From an uncultured Salinivenus sp. (GTDB lineage: Bacteria; Bacteroidota; Rhodothermia; Rhodothermales; Salinibacteraceae), in the NCBI GenBank assembly GCA_964426195.1, contig CAYRPX010000001.1, forward strand, positions 1-56,823: a stretch of DNA of 56,823 bases, given 5' to 3'. Shown here in pieces: positions 20,396 through 30,426 of the stretch. Position 1 is the stretch's first letter, and each line of letters starts with the position of its first letter. Both the position numbers and the translations under genes were made by a program. The notes under the pieces were generated by a model. It ran no database searches and had not been told where the DNA came from. It was given only the letters and a program-made list of their open reading frames with translations.

Positions 20396-22183
20396 CTACG
20401 GAGCAGCGGATGATGTATCCCGAACCTGTCTGACTTCTTTCACACTGACAGTGCTGGCTTCATTTCCGAAGTTCTGTCGCACATAGGTCGCCACTTGGGC
20501 GACCTCCTCGTCGCTCAAGAAGTCGTTCGCCGGCATTTCCCCATTGTAGCTTTCCCCGTTTACCTCAATGGGCCCCTCAAGGCCATTCACAATCACCGAG
20601 ATCAATCGCTCTTTGTCCCCAGTCACCCATTCGGTGCTCGACAACGGGGGATACCGCGGCGGCGCCCCACCGCCATCAGTCTGATGGCAGGACGCACAGT
20701 TTTGAACGTAGATCTTCTCTCCCCCGGAGAGCATTTCCTCACGCAGATTATCCTTCTCTTTGTGCGGAGTCCGGACGTTGGTCGCCGTCTGCTTCCGTTT
20801 CCGCATCTTGGCGATGTCGGATTCGCCAAACGTCCCTCCAGTGTAGATCACCCGCCAGATCTTTCCCTTATTATCCTCGGTGATGTACAGGGAGCCGTCC
20901 GGACCCGTAGCCAATCCTCCGGGTCGATGTTCGGCGTCGCTCGTGTGCACGATAGGATCAACACCAGCAAACCCATTCGCAAACACCTCCCATTCTCCTG
21001 ACTGCTTTCCATTCTCAAACGGCACGAACGCGATGAAGTACCCGAACTGGGGATAGGGATCCCGGATGGTGGATCCGTGAGAAGCGACAAAGGCTCCATT
21101 CTGAAAGTGACTGGGAAATTGCTCCCCCTGATAAAACATCAGGTCATTAGGTGCAAAGTGCCCCGGGAACCCGACCACTGGATCGTCGAACTGATCGCAT
21201 CTGCCAACTTTGTCCCCGTCCCCTCCATATTCAGGGGCCAGCACCTTCTTTTCCTGAAGTTGATCGTAGTAACAATAGGGCCATCCAACGTTTGACCCCT
21301 CGGTGTTTCGAACAAACTCCCCGGCCGGAAGCATCGCATTTTCCCAGGCCGTATACAAGTCCGGCCACAACCGGTCCAAATTATCTCGACCGTGCACGAC
21401 GCTGTATAACTGCCCGTCAGCCGGATTCCAGTCCATCGCGACGATGCTCCGGAGGCCAGTCGAAAACAACCGGCCGTCGGCCTGCGTCTGGTGGGTCTCA
21501 CTATCGTCAAACTGCCAGATTCCCCCGTGGTCCTCAAGGTACGGACAGGGATCCAAGCCCTCAACCCCTGGGGTCCGCTTGGGATCTTGGCAGGCATTAT
21601 TCGGAGCCCCGAACGGAATATACATATTCCCCTGCTTATCAAAAGCAATGGGCTTTGTGATGTGCTCGTGGGTCCCATGTTCGTGGTTGTCGACCACGAG
21701 GGTATCCGGCGGCCCTTCTGGGACCAATTTCCCGGGGGTCAACTCATACCGATAAACGTTAAGATCCGTGCTCACATAAAGATGTCCATTGTGAATCTGA
21801 GCCCCGGTGTGAAAATTCCCCTCATCCTCATCAAAGACCCCAAATTTACGGGTGATATCTGCCTTGCCATCTCCCGTCGTGTCGCGGAGCGCGACAATGC
21901 TCCCATCGTCGTAGCTTTGTTTTAGCTTGGCATAAATGTCTCCGTTATCGTTCACCGCCAAGTGCCGGGCTGGGCCAATACTATCCGCCACCACGAGGGC
22001 CTCAAACCCGTCCGGCAACGTCAAACCGCCATCATCTGGATCTCCGGAAAGCCTGCTGTCCCTCCCACAGCCGGAGAAAACCACGGCAATCAGAACCCCA
22101 AAACTGAATAGAAAAACGAATGGTATCTCCTGGAAATCGATGTAGTACCTAATCTCTCTATAAGAGTCTGTTCGTTTATTGAT
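20396..22183 (-). CDS. Glucose/sorbosone-type beta-propeller sugar dehydrogenase fused to C-terminal cytochrome c (lipoprotein; start uncertain)
   Basis: PARHLAV, TGLRS, GWPYCY, PGHFAPNDL, HRPGGLATGPDGSLYITED; CASCH heme motif with distal Met (EMPA); lipobox FSGC. The frame stays open upstream of GTG 22084 and includes ATC 22183, but has no ATG. Confidence 0.85.
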   Translation of the reverse strand: MNKRTDSYREIRYYIDFQEIPFVFLFSFGVLIAVVFSGCGRDSRLSGDPDDGGLTLPDGFEALVVADSIGPARHLAVNDNGDIYAKLKQSYDDGSIVALRDTTGDGKADITRKFGVFDEDEGNFHTGAQIHNGHLYVSTDLNVYRYELTPGKLVPEGPPDTLVVDNHEHGTHEHITKPIAFDKQGNMYIPFGAPNNACQDPKRTPGVEGLDPCPYLEDHGGIWQFDDSETHQTQADGRLFSTGLRSIVAMDWNPADGQLYSVVHGRDNLDRLWPDLYTAWENAMLPAGEFVRNTEGSNVGWPYCYYDQLQEKKVLAPEYGGDGDKVGRCDQFDDPVVGFPGHFAPNDLMFYQGEQFPSHFQNGAFVASHGSTIRDPYPQFGYFIAFVPFENGKQSGEWEVFANGFAGVDPIVHTSDAEHRPGGLATGPDGSLYITEDNKGKIWRVIYTGGTFGESDIAKMRKRKQTATNVRTPHKEKDNLREEMLSGGEKIYVQNCASCHQTDGGGAPPRYPPLSSTEWVTGDKERLISVIVNGLEGPIEVNGESYNGEMPANDFLSDEEVAQVATYVRQNFGNEASTVSVKEVRQVRDTSSAAP

Positions 22184-22198
22184 GACGTATCCTCACTG

Positions 22199-25100
22199 TT
22201 AACGATTAACCCTGAACAGTTTTACGGAGTCGTCATTGCGAGCGACGAGAATAAAAACCTCTCCATCGTGCTCCAATGACCGAATCGCGCGGGCCTCTCC
22301 CGGCACTGTAAATCCACTTTTTTGAGAGGCAATCTCTTCGTATCGACGGGCTGAATCCCGCCGGAGGGCAGCTCCGTAGCTTGCGTCATACGCCCCTGCC
22401 TGGGGCTTGACGGTCGTGAGATTTCCCCCCATCAGAATTTCTGCCCCCTGCTGATCGTCCACATCCTGCGCCAGGAGTCCGTACATCGGGGCCAATTGGG
22501 CCCGGAAAGGAAGGGAATCGAGGCGGAAGCTCCCATCCCCGTTATTCCACCCAACCATACTGGCCATCTGCCCGGTCCGGTAGTGGTGGGCTCGATCAAG
22601 CTGGTTCTGGTCGAACACGTCCGTGACCGTTTCTCCCGCGTACTCACTGAAGGTGGGGTACCGATTCTTCATCGACGGAAGCTCCTGAATAAGATTTTGG
22701 CGCAGCGCCATTGGAAACGGACCCTCCCCATCTCGATAGGTGGTTATAATCTGTTCAATTCCTTCGTCGGACCCAAAATCACCCGTCCACATCTGCAACG
22801 GGTGCTCTGGCCGAGCCCGAAACCGGGAATTCATTCCGTGATTTCCGGCGATGAGATCCAACGATCCATCCTCGTCCAAATCTGCCAGCGCTACGCTCTG
22901 CCACCACCCGTAGGTATCTTTTAGTCCGGTCGACTCCAAATCGGCCCGTTCAAGTTGTCCGTTCCGATTCCAGAAAATGGTGAGTGGCATCCACTCCCCT
23001 ACCACCACCAGATCCAAGTGCCCATTCCCATTGAGATCTCCCCAGGCCGCATCGGTCACTCCGGGGGTGTTCAGGTCCGGAGCTCGCAGCTCCGGCGCTC
23101 GCTGATTTGTAACTTCCCGAAATGTCCCTGTCCCATCGTTTTCCAGAAGAATCCCGCCAACGGGCATCCCATATCCAGCGGTGTCGCTCCTCAGAGTCAT
23201 CCGCACGCCTATGAAAAGGTCCTGGTCCCCATCTCCGTCAACATCCCCGGCTCGAACGGTGCCCGTCGGAATGTGCCCAACCTCCGGCCGTGGAAGTGCC
23301 TCCTCAGAGCGAACCAGCGTTCCTTCTCCGTCCGTCTGGTAGAAGCGATCGGCGAGGTGCGAGCTGCCCGCCGGAAACTCACTGCTTCCACTTGCCACAT
23401 AGAGCTCGGAAACGCCGTCCCTATCGGCGTCAAAGAGCACACAGCCGGTATCCTCGGAGGCTCGGTCGCCCTCCAGCACCGGTTGAGAAACACGCTCAAA
23501 TTGGTCACTGTCTCCGCGCACAAACAACGCGCCGGGCTGTCCGGCAGCCCCTCCCACGTACACGTCGTCGTGGCCATCCCCAGTTACGTCCCCGACACAG
23601 AGCGGAGGCCCCTCGGTGGAGCGCATGTGAAAGAGCAACGGGGACCGGCCAAAGTCACTGTGTGAGGATTCGTCGTGTTCCCAGTCAAATCCAACCTCTC
23701 CCGTAACGTCCTTCAGAAGTGCTTCATTCTTCTCCGTACGACGAGCAGGCAATACCCGGAAGTCGGTCCGGTTGGGGGAACGAGCCTCCTCCTGCCGAAG
23801 TGTGATCCGCTGATTCGTCTCCACATCCGTCCGGAGACCAAGACGACCGTCCGGCCAGCGGACCTTTAGAGTGTCAATCGTCGAAATTCCTGCGCCCAGT
23901 CCAAAGTGCAAGCGGGGATCCATCGACGACTGAAACCCCCGCTGCGGCATCTGCTCAGCGTAGAAGCGACGGTCATCGACGACAGCCTCGACCTGGGCGC
24001 CAACCCCAAACGTATTCGAGGACGCCCCGTCCAGGCCGACTTGGATCCAGCTGCGGTCCGGATGCTGCTCGCGAGTCCGGTTCCGGTAGACGAAGGGCCT
24101 CCCGTTGACGTTGTTAACGACCAGATCAAGGTCCCCATCCTGATCCAAATCCCCGTAGGCCGACCCGGTGGAAAAACCCGGCTCCCCGATCCCCCACTCG
24201 GACGCCCGGTTCTCAAACTGCAAATCGCCCTGATTCACGAACATATAGTTCGAAAGCGGCACCGAGGGCGTCTTCTGAGTGAGCTTCCCATAATCAATTC
24301 GGTTGTTTGAGATGACAGAACGCATGAACTCTTTCTGGTTCAGGCGCACCAAAAGATCCTTATCGGTGACGTCCCGATAAAACCCGTTCGGGACGAAGAT
24401 TTCGCGAGACCCATCGAGCGTAAAGTCCGCAATGAGCCCACCCCAACTCCAGCCGCTGGCGTCAAGCCCGGCATAGCGCCCAATCTCACTAAACGTCCCG
24501 TCGCCGTTGTTGTATTGAAGCGTATTTCGGGGAAACTTACGATGGTATCCCATCTCCACCTCGGACTGAAACTGCTTCCAGCCCACAAAATCAGCGACTG
24601 TTTTCACTCGCTCCTCACTCTTGGGGAGCATGTCCGTGACAAAAATCTCGGGATACCCATCCGTATTCAGATCAGCAATGTCCCCGCCCATGGATGTCGT
24701 ACTGATGCTGCTGAGCGTGTCCGACAGCACCTCACTGAATGTGCCATCCCCGTTATTTACGTAGAAGTAGTCCCGCTCGAAAAAATCGTTGGAGACATAA
24801 AGGTCCATCCATCCGTCTCGATTCACATCCCCCACGGACACCCCTAGACCAAAGCCAATCTCACTACTATATATCCCTGAACCCTCAGTAGCCTCTACGA
24901 ACTCACCTCCTTCATTTCTGTAGAGTCGATCTCCACCCCTGTCGTCTCTTATGTTTCTTAAATTATTTTTTACATTGTACTTTTCTACTGGCTTTGATGC
25001 ATAGTTGTTTAGAATATACAGGTCCAAATCTCCGTCATTGTCATAGTCGAAAAACGCAGAGTGGATAGTATTTCCAACGTTAGAGATCCCAAACTCTTCA

Positions 25101-25615
25101 GCTCGCTCGGTAAACGTTTCATCCCCATTGTTGATGAACAATTCGTTTTCTCGCCGCGGTTCCACAAAAGGGCCGGAGTTGGCAACATATATATCCAATA
25201 GACCATCCCCGTTCACGTCCGCCATACTGACGCCAGTAGACCACGGCATCTCTCCTCCCACTCCTGCTTCCTCAGTGATGTCCTCGAATTCAAAGCCGCC
25301 CTTATTGAGATAGAGTTTATTGCTCGTCTGATTTGCAACCAAATAGAGATCGGGACGACCGTCACCATTTACATCTCCAATAGCGACCCCACCGCCAGCA
25401 TAAAAGTTTCGATATGTAAATACGTTGAATGAATTATTATATGTCAGATTGTTTGAGAACTCTATGTTGGTTGATGGTTGATACAGCCGCTCAAACACCT
25501 CCGGTTCGGTACCGGGAACGTACCGACACCCGGAAACAACCAACAGAACACATAGAGTCAGGGCAGAAGCGCAAAAACGGCTTCTCCACCACCTCCTTCC
25601 TCGACGAGAGGACAT
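22199..25615 (-). CDS. VCBS/FG-GAP repeat protein with ASPIC/UnbV domain (CRTAC1-like lipoprotein)
   Basis: Many DxNxDGxxD repeats; FGVGAQV...RGFQSS..PRLHFGLG...VRWPDG ASPIC motif; lipobox VSGC. Confidence 0.9.
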   Translation of the reverse strand: MSSRRGRRWWRSRFCASALTLCVLLVVSGCRYVPGTEPEVFERLYQPSTNIEFSNNLTYNNSFNVFTYRNFYAGGGVAIGDVNGDGRPDLYLVANQTSNKLYLNKGGFEFEDITEEAGVGGEMPWSTGVSMADVNGDGLLDIYVANSGPFVEPRRENELFINNGDETFTERAEEFGISNVGNTIHSAFFDYDNDGDLDLYILNNYASKPVEKYNVKNNLRNIRDDRGGDRLYRNEGGEFVEATEGSGIYSSEIGFGLGVSVGDVNRDGWMDLYVSNDFFERDYFYVNNGDGTFSEVLSDTLSSISTTSMGGDIADLNTDGYPEIFVTDMLPKSEERVKTVADFVGWKQFQSEVEMGYHRKFPRNTLQYNNGDGTFSEIGRYAGLDASGWSWGGLIADFTLDGSREIFVPNGFYRDVTDKDLLVRLNQKEFMRSVISNNRIDYGKLTQKTPSVPLSNYMFVNQGDLQFENRASEWGIGEPGFSTGSAYGDLDQDGDLDLVVNNVNGRPFVYRNRTREQHPDRSWIQVGLDGASSNTFGVGAQVEAVVDDRRFYAEQMPQRGFQSSMDPRLHFGLGAGISTIDTLKVRWPDGRLGLRTDVETNQRITLRQEEARSPNRTDFRVLPARRTEKNEALLKDVTGEVGFDWEHDESSHSDFGRSPLLFHMRSTEGPPLCVGDVTGDGHDDVYVGGAAGQPGALFVRGDSDQFERVSQPVLEGDRASEDTGCVLFDADRDGVSELYVASGSSEFPAGSSHLADRFYQTDGEGTLVRSEEALPRPEVGHIPTGTVRAGDVDGDGDQDLFIGVRMTLRSDTAGYGMPVGGILLENDGTGTFREVTNQRAPELRAPDLNTPGVTDAAWGDLNGNGHLDLVVVGEWMPLTIFWNRNGQLERADLESTGLKDTYGWWQSVALADLDEDGSLDLIAGNHGMNSRFRARPEHPLQMWTGDFGSDEGIEQIITTYRDGEGPFPMALRQNLIQELPSMKNRYPTFSEYAGETVTDVFDQNQLDRAHHYRTGQMASMVGWNNGDGSFRLDSLPFRAQLAPMYGLLAQDVDDQQGAEILMGGNLTTVKPQAGAYDASYGAALRRDSARRYEEIASQKSGFTVPGEARAIRSLEHDGEVFILVARNDDSVKLFRVNR

Positions 25616-25818
25616 CAACCGACACAGTTCTTTCTAGAGAGCCGCAAGGAGCCTATCTACTCCCCAAACCCTTTCCTCTCTGAGTTACATAGATTCGAGA
25701 AGGGCGAAGTGGGGTCCCTGTCACTCCTTCGGAACCGCTCACTAAGAGTTCGGTGGGGAAGCAGGAACTACTCACACGTGTCCAAAGGCAGGACAGTCCC
25801 CCAAGAGATTCGTCATTT

Positions 25819-25933
25819 CACCTCGTCCGAGATCGGTCCCAGTGCCTGTGGCACCCCTACAGAAATCGATCACGGCCAACAGAACGCGATCCAATTTCGG
25901 AGGGATGCCACAGGCTTTGGGAACGACGAGGTG
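25819..25933. other. Long imperfect stem-loop downstream of the amidohydrolase gene
   Basis: CACCTCGTC/GACGAGGTG outer arms, plus TCCCAGTGCCTGTGGCACCCCT paired with AGGGATGCCACAGGCTTTGGGA. Confidence 0.7.
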
Positions 25934-25939
25934 CACTAT

Positions 25940-27256
25940 CTACTCACTCCACTCAGAGGCGGCGATGCCATTGAGATCCCAGACGACATCTCCTGCGCGC
26001 ACCGTGAGCTCCGTCACGAACTTCTGTGACCCTTCCCGCCGGTCGCCGTCCACGTCGACAAAGCCAAAGTTGCCCTCCCGGAGATCAAGGACAGCCACGT
26101 CCGCCGGGGCGCCCACGTCGAGGTTTCCGAGCTCCGGACGCTGAATGATCTGGGCCGGCTTCCAGGTGGACGCTCGAATGACTTCTTCCAGTCCCATGCC
26201 CAACTCCATCATCTTCGACATGACGTTCGCCATGTTCTTCATGCCATCGTTCATGCTGCCCGAGTGCAGGTCCGTACTGATCGCATCTGGCCAGAGGCCC
26301 GCCTGAGTGGCGGGCACGGCCGCATCGTAGTCAAAACTTCCACCTCCATGCCCGACATCGAATATGATGCCTCGGTCCTGCGCCTCCGGTACAAAGGACC
26401 GCAGCTCATGCTGCTGATCCACAATCGACTGTCGTCGATCCTCCTGATCCAGAAGCGCGTACGCGTGGGTGAAGATGTCCCCGGGGCGGAAGTAGTCAAA
26501 GAAGAGCTTTTCAATGGAGAGGGGAGGGGAGGCCCCACCAAAGTCGACCATCACGGGGATGTCAGCGCGCTCGCCCGCTTCAACAGCCCGCTCGGTCGGT
26601 GTCCAGTCGTGCCCTCGATAGTGGGCGAGCTTCACCCCGACCACGACATCCGAGTATTGCTCCGCCGCCATCGCCGTCATCCGCGGATTCATGTCTCGCG
26701 GATCTTGCTCGGGCAGTCCCTTCATGCCCGCGCCGACAATGTTGATGAATGCCAGCACCCGCGTATCGGCGTGCCGGACCGTCTGGTCGATGAAGGTTTG
26801 CATGTTGCGCCATCCGGGTCCGCCCACATCTACAATCGTCGTGACCCCGGAGCGAAACGTATGTGCATCGGGTTGGAGGGAGGAGAAGCTATTGCTGAGG
26901 TAGGCATTCTCCTGCGTGCCATAAAACACGTGGGCGTGAAGGTCAATGAGCCCCGGCGTCACGTACCGCCCGGAGGCATCCACGACCTTCTCGGCACGGG
27001 ACGGAGAAATGTCCGACGCCACGGTGGCGATCGTATCTCCCGCAATGCCGATGTCCATGACTTCGTCGACGTCGTTCTTCGGATCGATGACGTGTCCGTC
27101 ATTGACGAGCAGGTCCAGGTCCTGCGCCTGGGCCGACCCGACAAGTCCCAGCATGCCGACGGCAAGCGCCACGGCCAGGAGCGCCGTGGAGAAGGAAGAC
27201 CTTAAAATCGTAACGAGCACGCCCGTGCCCGCCTCGAATGAATTCGCAATGTCCAT
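25940..27256 (-). CDS. Secreted amidohydrolase/deacetylase, COG3964 (EF_0837/Atu3266-like), paralog 2
   Basis: PGLIDLHAH, GVTTIVDVG, GVKLAH, PGDIFTH, DVGHGGGSF, ISTDLH; Sec signal ending AQA. Confidence 0.88.
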   Translation of the reverse strand: MDIANSFEAGTGVLVTILRSSFSTALLAVALAVGMLGLVGSAQAQDLDLLVNDGHVIDPKNDVDEVMDIGIAGDTIATVASDISPSRAEKVVDASGRYVTPGLIDLHAHVFYGTQENAYLSNSFSSLQPDAHTFRSGVTTIVDVGGPGWRNMQTFIDQTVRHADTRVLAFINIVGAGMKGLPEQDPRDMNPRMTAMAAEQYSDVVVGVKLAHYRGHDWTPTERAVEAGERADIPVMVDFGGASPPLSIEKLFFDYFRPGDIFTHAYALLDQEDRRQSIVDQQHELRSFVPEAQDRGIIFDVGHGGGSFDYDAAVPATQAGLWPDAISTDLHSGSMNDGMKNMANVMSKMMELGMGLEEVIRASTWKPAQIIQRPELGNLDVGAPADVAVLDLREGNFGFVDVDGDRREGSQKFVTELTVRAGDVVWDLNGIAASEWSE

Positions 27257-27531
27257 GGTGGATCGAATGTGGTTGATAAAAAAGCAGCTGGCTAGGAAAA
27301 TCACCGACGGATTCCACGAGAGCGAGATCTCGGGGATCGTGGCTCGGTGCTCTCGGTACTCTCGATAATTGAGATTTTCCTTGTACAAACGGCCGTCGCC
27401 CCGAGAGGAGCTCCCCTGTCCGCCCCGAATCCCGGGGATCCAGAGCGACGACACAAAATTGGCACTCTCGGGCAGCAGAACACTCCGCGTCTCCCCTCGG
27501 ACCGAATCCAACATCCCAGTCGAACTGGGAC

Positions 27532-28845
27532 TTACTCCCACTCGGAGGCAGCGAGTCCGTTAAGGTCCCACACGACGTCGCCCGCCCGGACGGTCAATTC
27601 CGTCACGAGCTTCTGCGAGCCTCTTCTCACGTCCCCGTCCACGTCCATAAACCCGAAGTCTCCCTTCCGAAGATCAAGCACCGCCACGTCCGCCGGGGCG
27701 CCCACCTCGAGGTTTCCGAGCTCCGGACGCTGGATGACCTGGGCCGGCTCCCACGTCGAGGCCCGAACGACTTCGTCGAGCCCCATGCCCAGCTCCATCA
27801 TCTTCGACATCACGTTCGTCATGTTCTTCATCTCGTCGTTCATGCTCCCAACGTGCAGGTCGGTGCTGATGACGTCCGGCCAGAGCCCCGCCTGCGTCGC
27901 CGGCACTGCCGCGTCGTAGTCAAAGCTTCCGCCGCCGTGACCCACGTCGCACACGATGCCTCGCTCCTGGGCCCTCGGCATGTAGGGACGGAGCTCTCCC
28001 TGCTGGTTTACGATCGACTGCCGGCTGTCCTGGTCCCCCAGAAGGGCGTAGCAGTGAGTGAAGATGTCCCCCGGTCGCAGGTAATCGAAAAACAGCTTTT
28101 CGAGGGACAGCGGAGGCGAGGCCCCTCCAAAATCGACCATCACCGGAATGTCGGCCCGCTCGCCCGCTTCAACGGCCCGTTCGGTCGGCGTCCAGTCGTG
28201 CCCTCGATAGTGGGCAAGCTTCACCCCGACCACGACGTCGGAGTACTGCTCCGCCGCCATCGCCGTCATCCGCGGATTCATGTCTCGCAGATCTTGCTCG
28301 GGCAGTCCCTTCATGCCTACCCCCACGATGTTGAGCAGGGCCAGCACCCGCGTCTTCGAGTGAGCAACCACGTTGTCCACAAAGGTTTGAATATTCCTCC
28401 AGCCGGGTCCGCCCGGATCCACAACCGTGGTTGTCCCCGACCGAAAGGTGTGCCCGTCCGGCTTGACACTATTATAACTGTTGCTATAGGCCTCTCCTTC
28501 TTCCGTGCCATGGAATACGTGGGCGTGGATGTCAATCAGGCCGGGCGTCACGTACAGCCCTGACGCGTCGACGACCTTCTCGGCGCGGGAAGAGGAAATG
28601 TCCGACGCCACGGTGGCGATCGTATCTCCCGCAATGCCGACGTCCATGACTTCGTCAACGTTGTTCTTCGGATCCATGACATGCCCGTCATCGATGAGCA
28701 GGTCCAATTCCTGCGCCTGGGCCGACCCGACAAGTCCCAGCGTGCCGACAGCAACCGCCACGGCCAGGAGTGCCGCGGAGAAGAAAGACCCTACTCTCGC
28801 ACCGAGCACGTCCGTGCCCGCCTCAAATGGATTCGCAAGGCTCAT
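27532..28845 (-). CDS. Secreted amidohydrolase/deacetylase, COG3964-like, paralog 1
   Basis: Same motifs as paralog 2 (DIHAH, GVKLAH, THCY, DVGHGGGSF, ISTDLH), with long stretches identical to it; signal ending AQA. Confidence 0.88.
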   Translation of the reverse strand: MSLANPFEAGTDVLGARVGSFFSAALLAVAVAVGTLGLVGSAQAQELDLLIDDGHVMDPKNNVDEVMDVGIAGDTIATVASDISSSRAEKVVDASGLYVTPGLIDIHAHVFHGTEEGEAYSNSYNSVKPDGHTFRSGTTTVVDPGGPGWRNIQTFVDNVVAHSKTRVLALLNIVGVGMKGLPEQDLRDMNPRMTAMAAEQYSDVVVGVKLAHYRGHDWTPTERAVEAGERADIPVMVDFGGASPPLSLEKLFFDYLRPGDIFTHCYALLGDQDSRQSIVNQQGELRPYMPRAQERGIVCDVGHGGGSFDYDAAVPATQAGLWPDVISTDLHVGSMNDEMKNMTNVMSKMMELGMGLDEVVRASTWEPAQVIQRPELGNLEVGAPADVAVLDLRKGDFGFMDVDGDVRRGSQKLVTELTVRAGDVVWDLNGLAASEWE

Positions 28846-29003
28846 AGTGGAACAGATGTAGGTAATGAAAAAGCAACTGGCTAGGAAAACCCCCGTCGGA
28901 AGAGGAAGTTCAACTGAACCTTCACCTTGGGTCAATTCTAATGGTCCTCTAACCTGCCCTACGACAGGGGAGAGGCTGCCCCAATAGCCGGTATGCAGCG
29001 GCC

Positions 29004-30236
29004 TTACACAGCGGACTCCGCCAAAACGTCGTGGAGGCGGCGCGCCACGTGCCCCACTTCTTCGGGCCGCATCATCCACGTCGTCAAGTTTATATTCTCT
29101 CCTCCGCCCGACACCGCAATCGAGGGATGCCCCTCCCGAAGACGCTGTTGAACGTCCGCCGGAGAAATGGCAACCTGATCCTGATCCCAGGTGATTCGGA
29201 GAGACGGGACGTGATTCGCAATGTCCGGCACATAATACTCAGTGTCTACGCTCTGGACAGCCGCCACAGTCTCCTGGATGTGCTCGATCTGCGACTTCCA
29301 GCGATTCCACCGCTTATCGGCATCCGCCTCCACGAACCGCTCAACCGCAACCAGCATCGCCACGATTTCTTCCTTGTTCACCTTCATTCCCCGGCCAATC
29401 GTGTCGCCGTACGGCACGTGTTGACGCCTTGCGGCCTCAATTAAATCTTCGCGTCCGAAGAGCAATCCGGCACTCTGCGGCCCCCGAAGCCCTTTTCCAC
29501 CGGAGAACACGACGAGATCGAAGCCCATCTCGTTGTATTTCCACAAATTCTCCACGGGAGGAACGTCCGCGGCGCAGTCGTTCATCGTGGGAATGCCGTG
29601 TTTCTTCCCCAAGTCGACGAACTCCTCGACCTGGATTTGCCCATCCGGATTGTGCTTATTGATAAAGAACATCATCACGGTGTTCTCATTGACCGCGTTT
29701 TCCAGCTCCTGGCGGCTTTCCACCTCGACCATCTTTGCGCCGGTGTTTCGGATGGCGTGATCGTATCCGGAACGGTGGCTCGTTTGAACGATCACCTCGG
29801 GCCGGGGGCCCGGAAGGTTCGGAAGCTTGCGGATTTTTTCCTCGTCGGTCCCTGTGACCGCCGCTGCCGCGCCAAGCGTGAGTGCGGAAGCAGCCCCGGC
29901 CGACACCAACGCATCTTCACTGTGGCCCATCTCGGCAAGCCGCTCGCCGACCTTCTCCTGCAGGGCGGTCAACTCCACGTAATGATGTGCGGCAAAATCC
30001 CAGGCCTCTCGAACCTCGGGAGGCATCAGCGAGCCCGTGAGAGACGTGTACGTCCCCCTTGCATTGATGATTTTTCGCAGGCCAAGCTCGTTAAAGTAGG
30101 CCTGATACTCATCATCCAAATACTCGAACTGGGAGGTGCTGGTCTCAAGGCTTTCTCCGAGGGCAACCCCTCCGAGCATGCTTCCGACCAGAGGAAGACT
30201 CGAAAGCTTCCGAAGAACCTGTCGTCTACTTAACAT
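29004..30236 (-). CDS. SelA-like/DgaE-like PLP-dependent enzyme with Tat signal, paralog 2
   Basis: MLSRRQVLRK twin-Arg signal. INARGTYT.L.GS, DCAAD, FSGGKGLRGPQSAG (PLP Lys), IGRGMKVNKEE. Confidence 0.88.
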   Translation of the reverse strand: MLSRRQVLRKLSSLPLVGSMLGGVALGESLETSTSQFEYLDDEYQAYFNELGLRKIINARGTYTSLTGSLMPPEVREAWDFAAHHYVELTALQEKVGERLAEMGHSEDALVSAGAASALTLGAAAAVTGTDEEKIRKLPNLPGPRPEVIVQTSHRSGYDHAIRNTGAKMVEVESRQELENAVNENTVMMFFINKHNPDGQIQVEEFVDLGKKHGIPTMNDCAADVPPVENLWKYNEMGFDLVVFSGGKGLRGPQSAGLLFGREDLIEAARRQHVPYGDTIGRGMKVNKEEIVAMLVAVERFVEADADKRWNRWKSQIEHIQETVAAVQSVDTEYYVPDIANHVPSLRITWDQDQVAISPADVQQRLREGHPSIAVSGGGENINLTTWMMRPEEVGHVARRLHDVLAESAV

Positions 30237-30426
30237 AGGTTGTGTGCGATCCGTAATTTAGAAGAACTTGAGCCTGAACACTTGAGACTGGCATTTGGGC
30301 CGTGACCCTCACGTCGCAGACGTCCACAGTCGCTCATCTCAAGCGTGTGTCGGGATTCCCGAAGCCGGGCAGGGCCCCTCTCTCCCATAGGACCCTTCCG
30401 TCGGCCATTCAATGCAATGATCCCCC

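Noticed and set aside
25940-28845. Dihydroorotase assignment
   Set aside because: Secreted, duplicated and carrying COG3964-type motifs; no pyr gene context.
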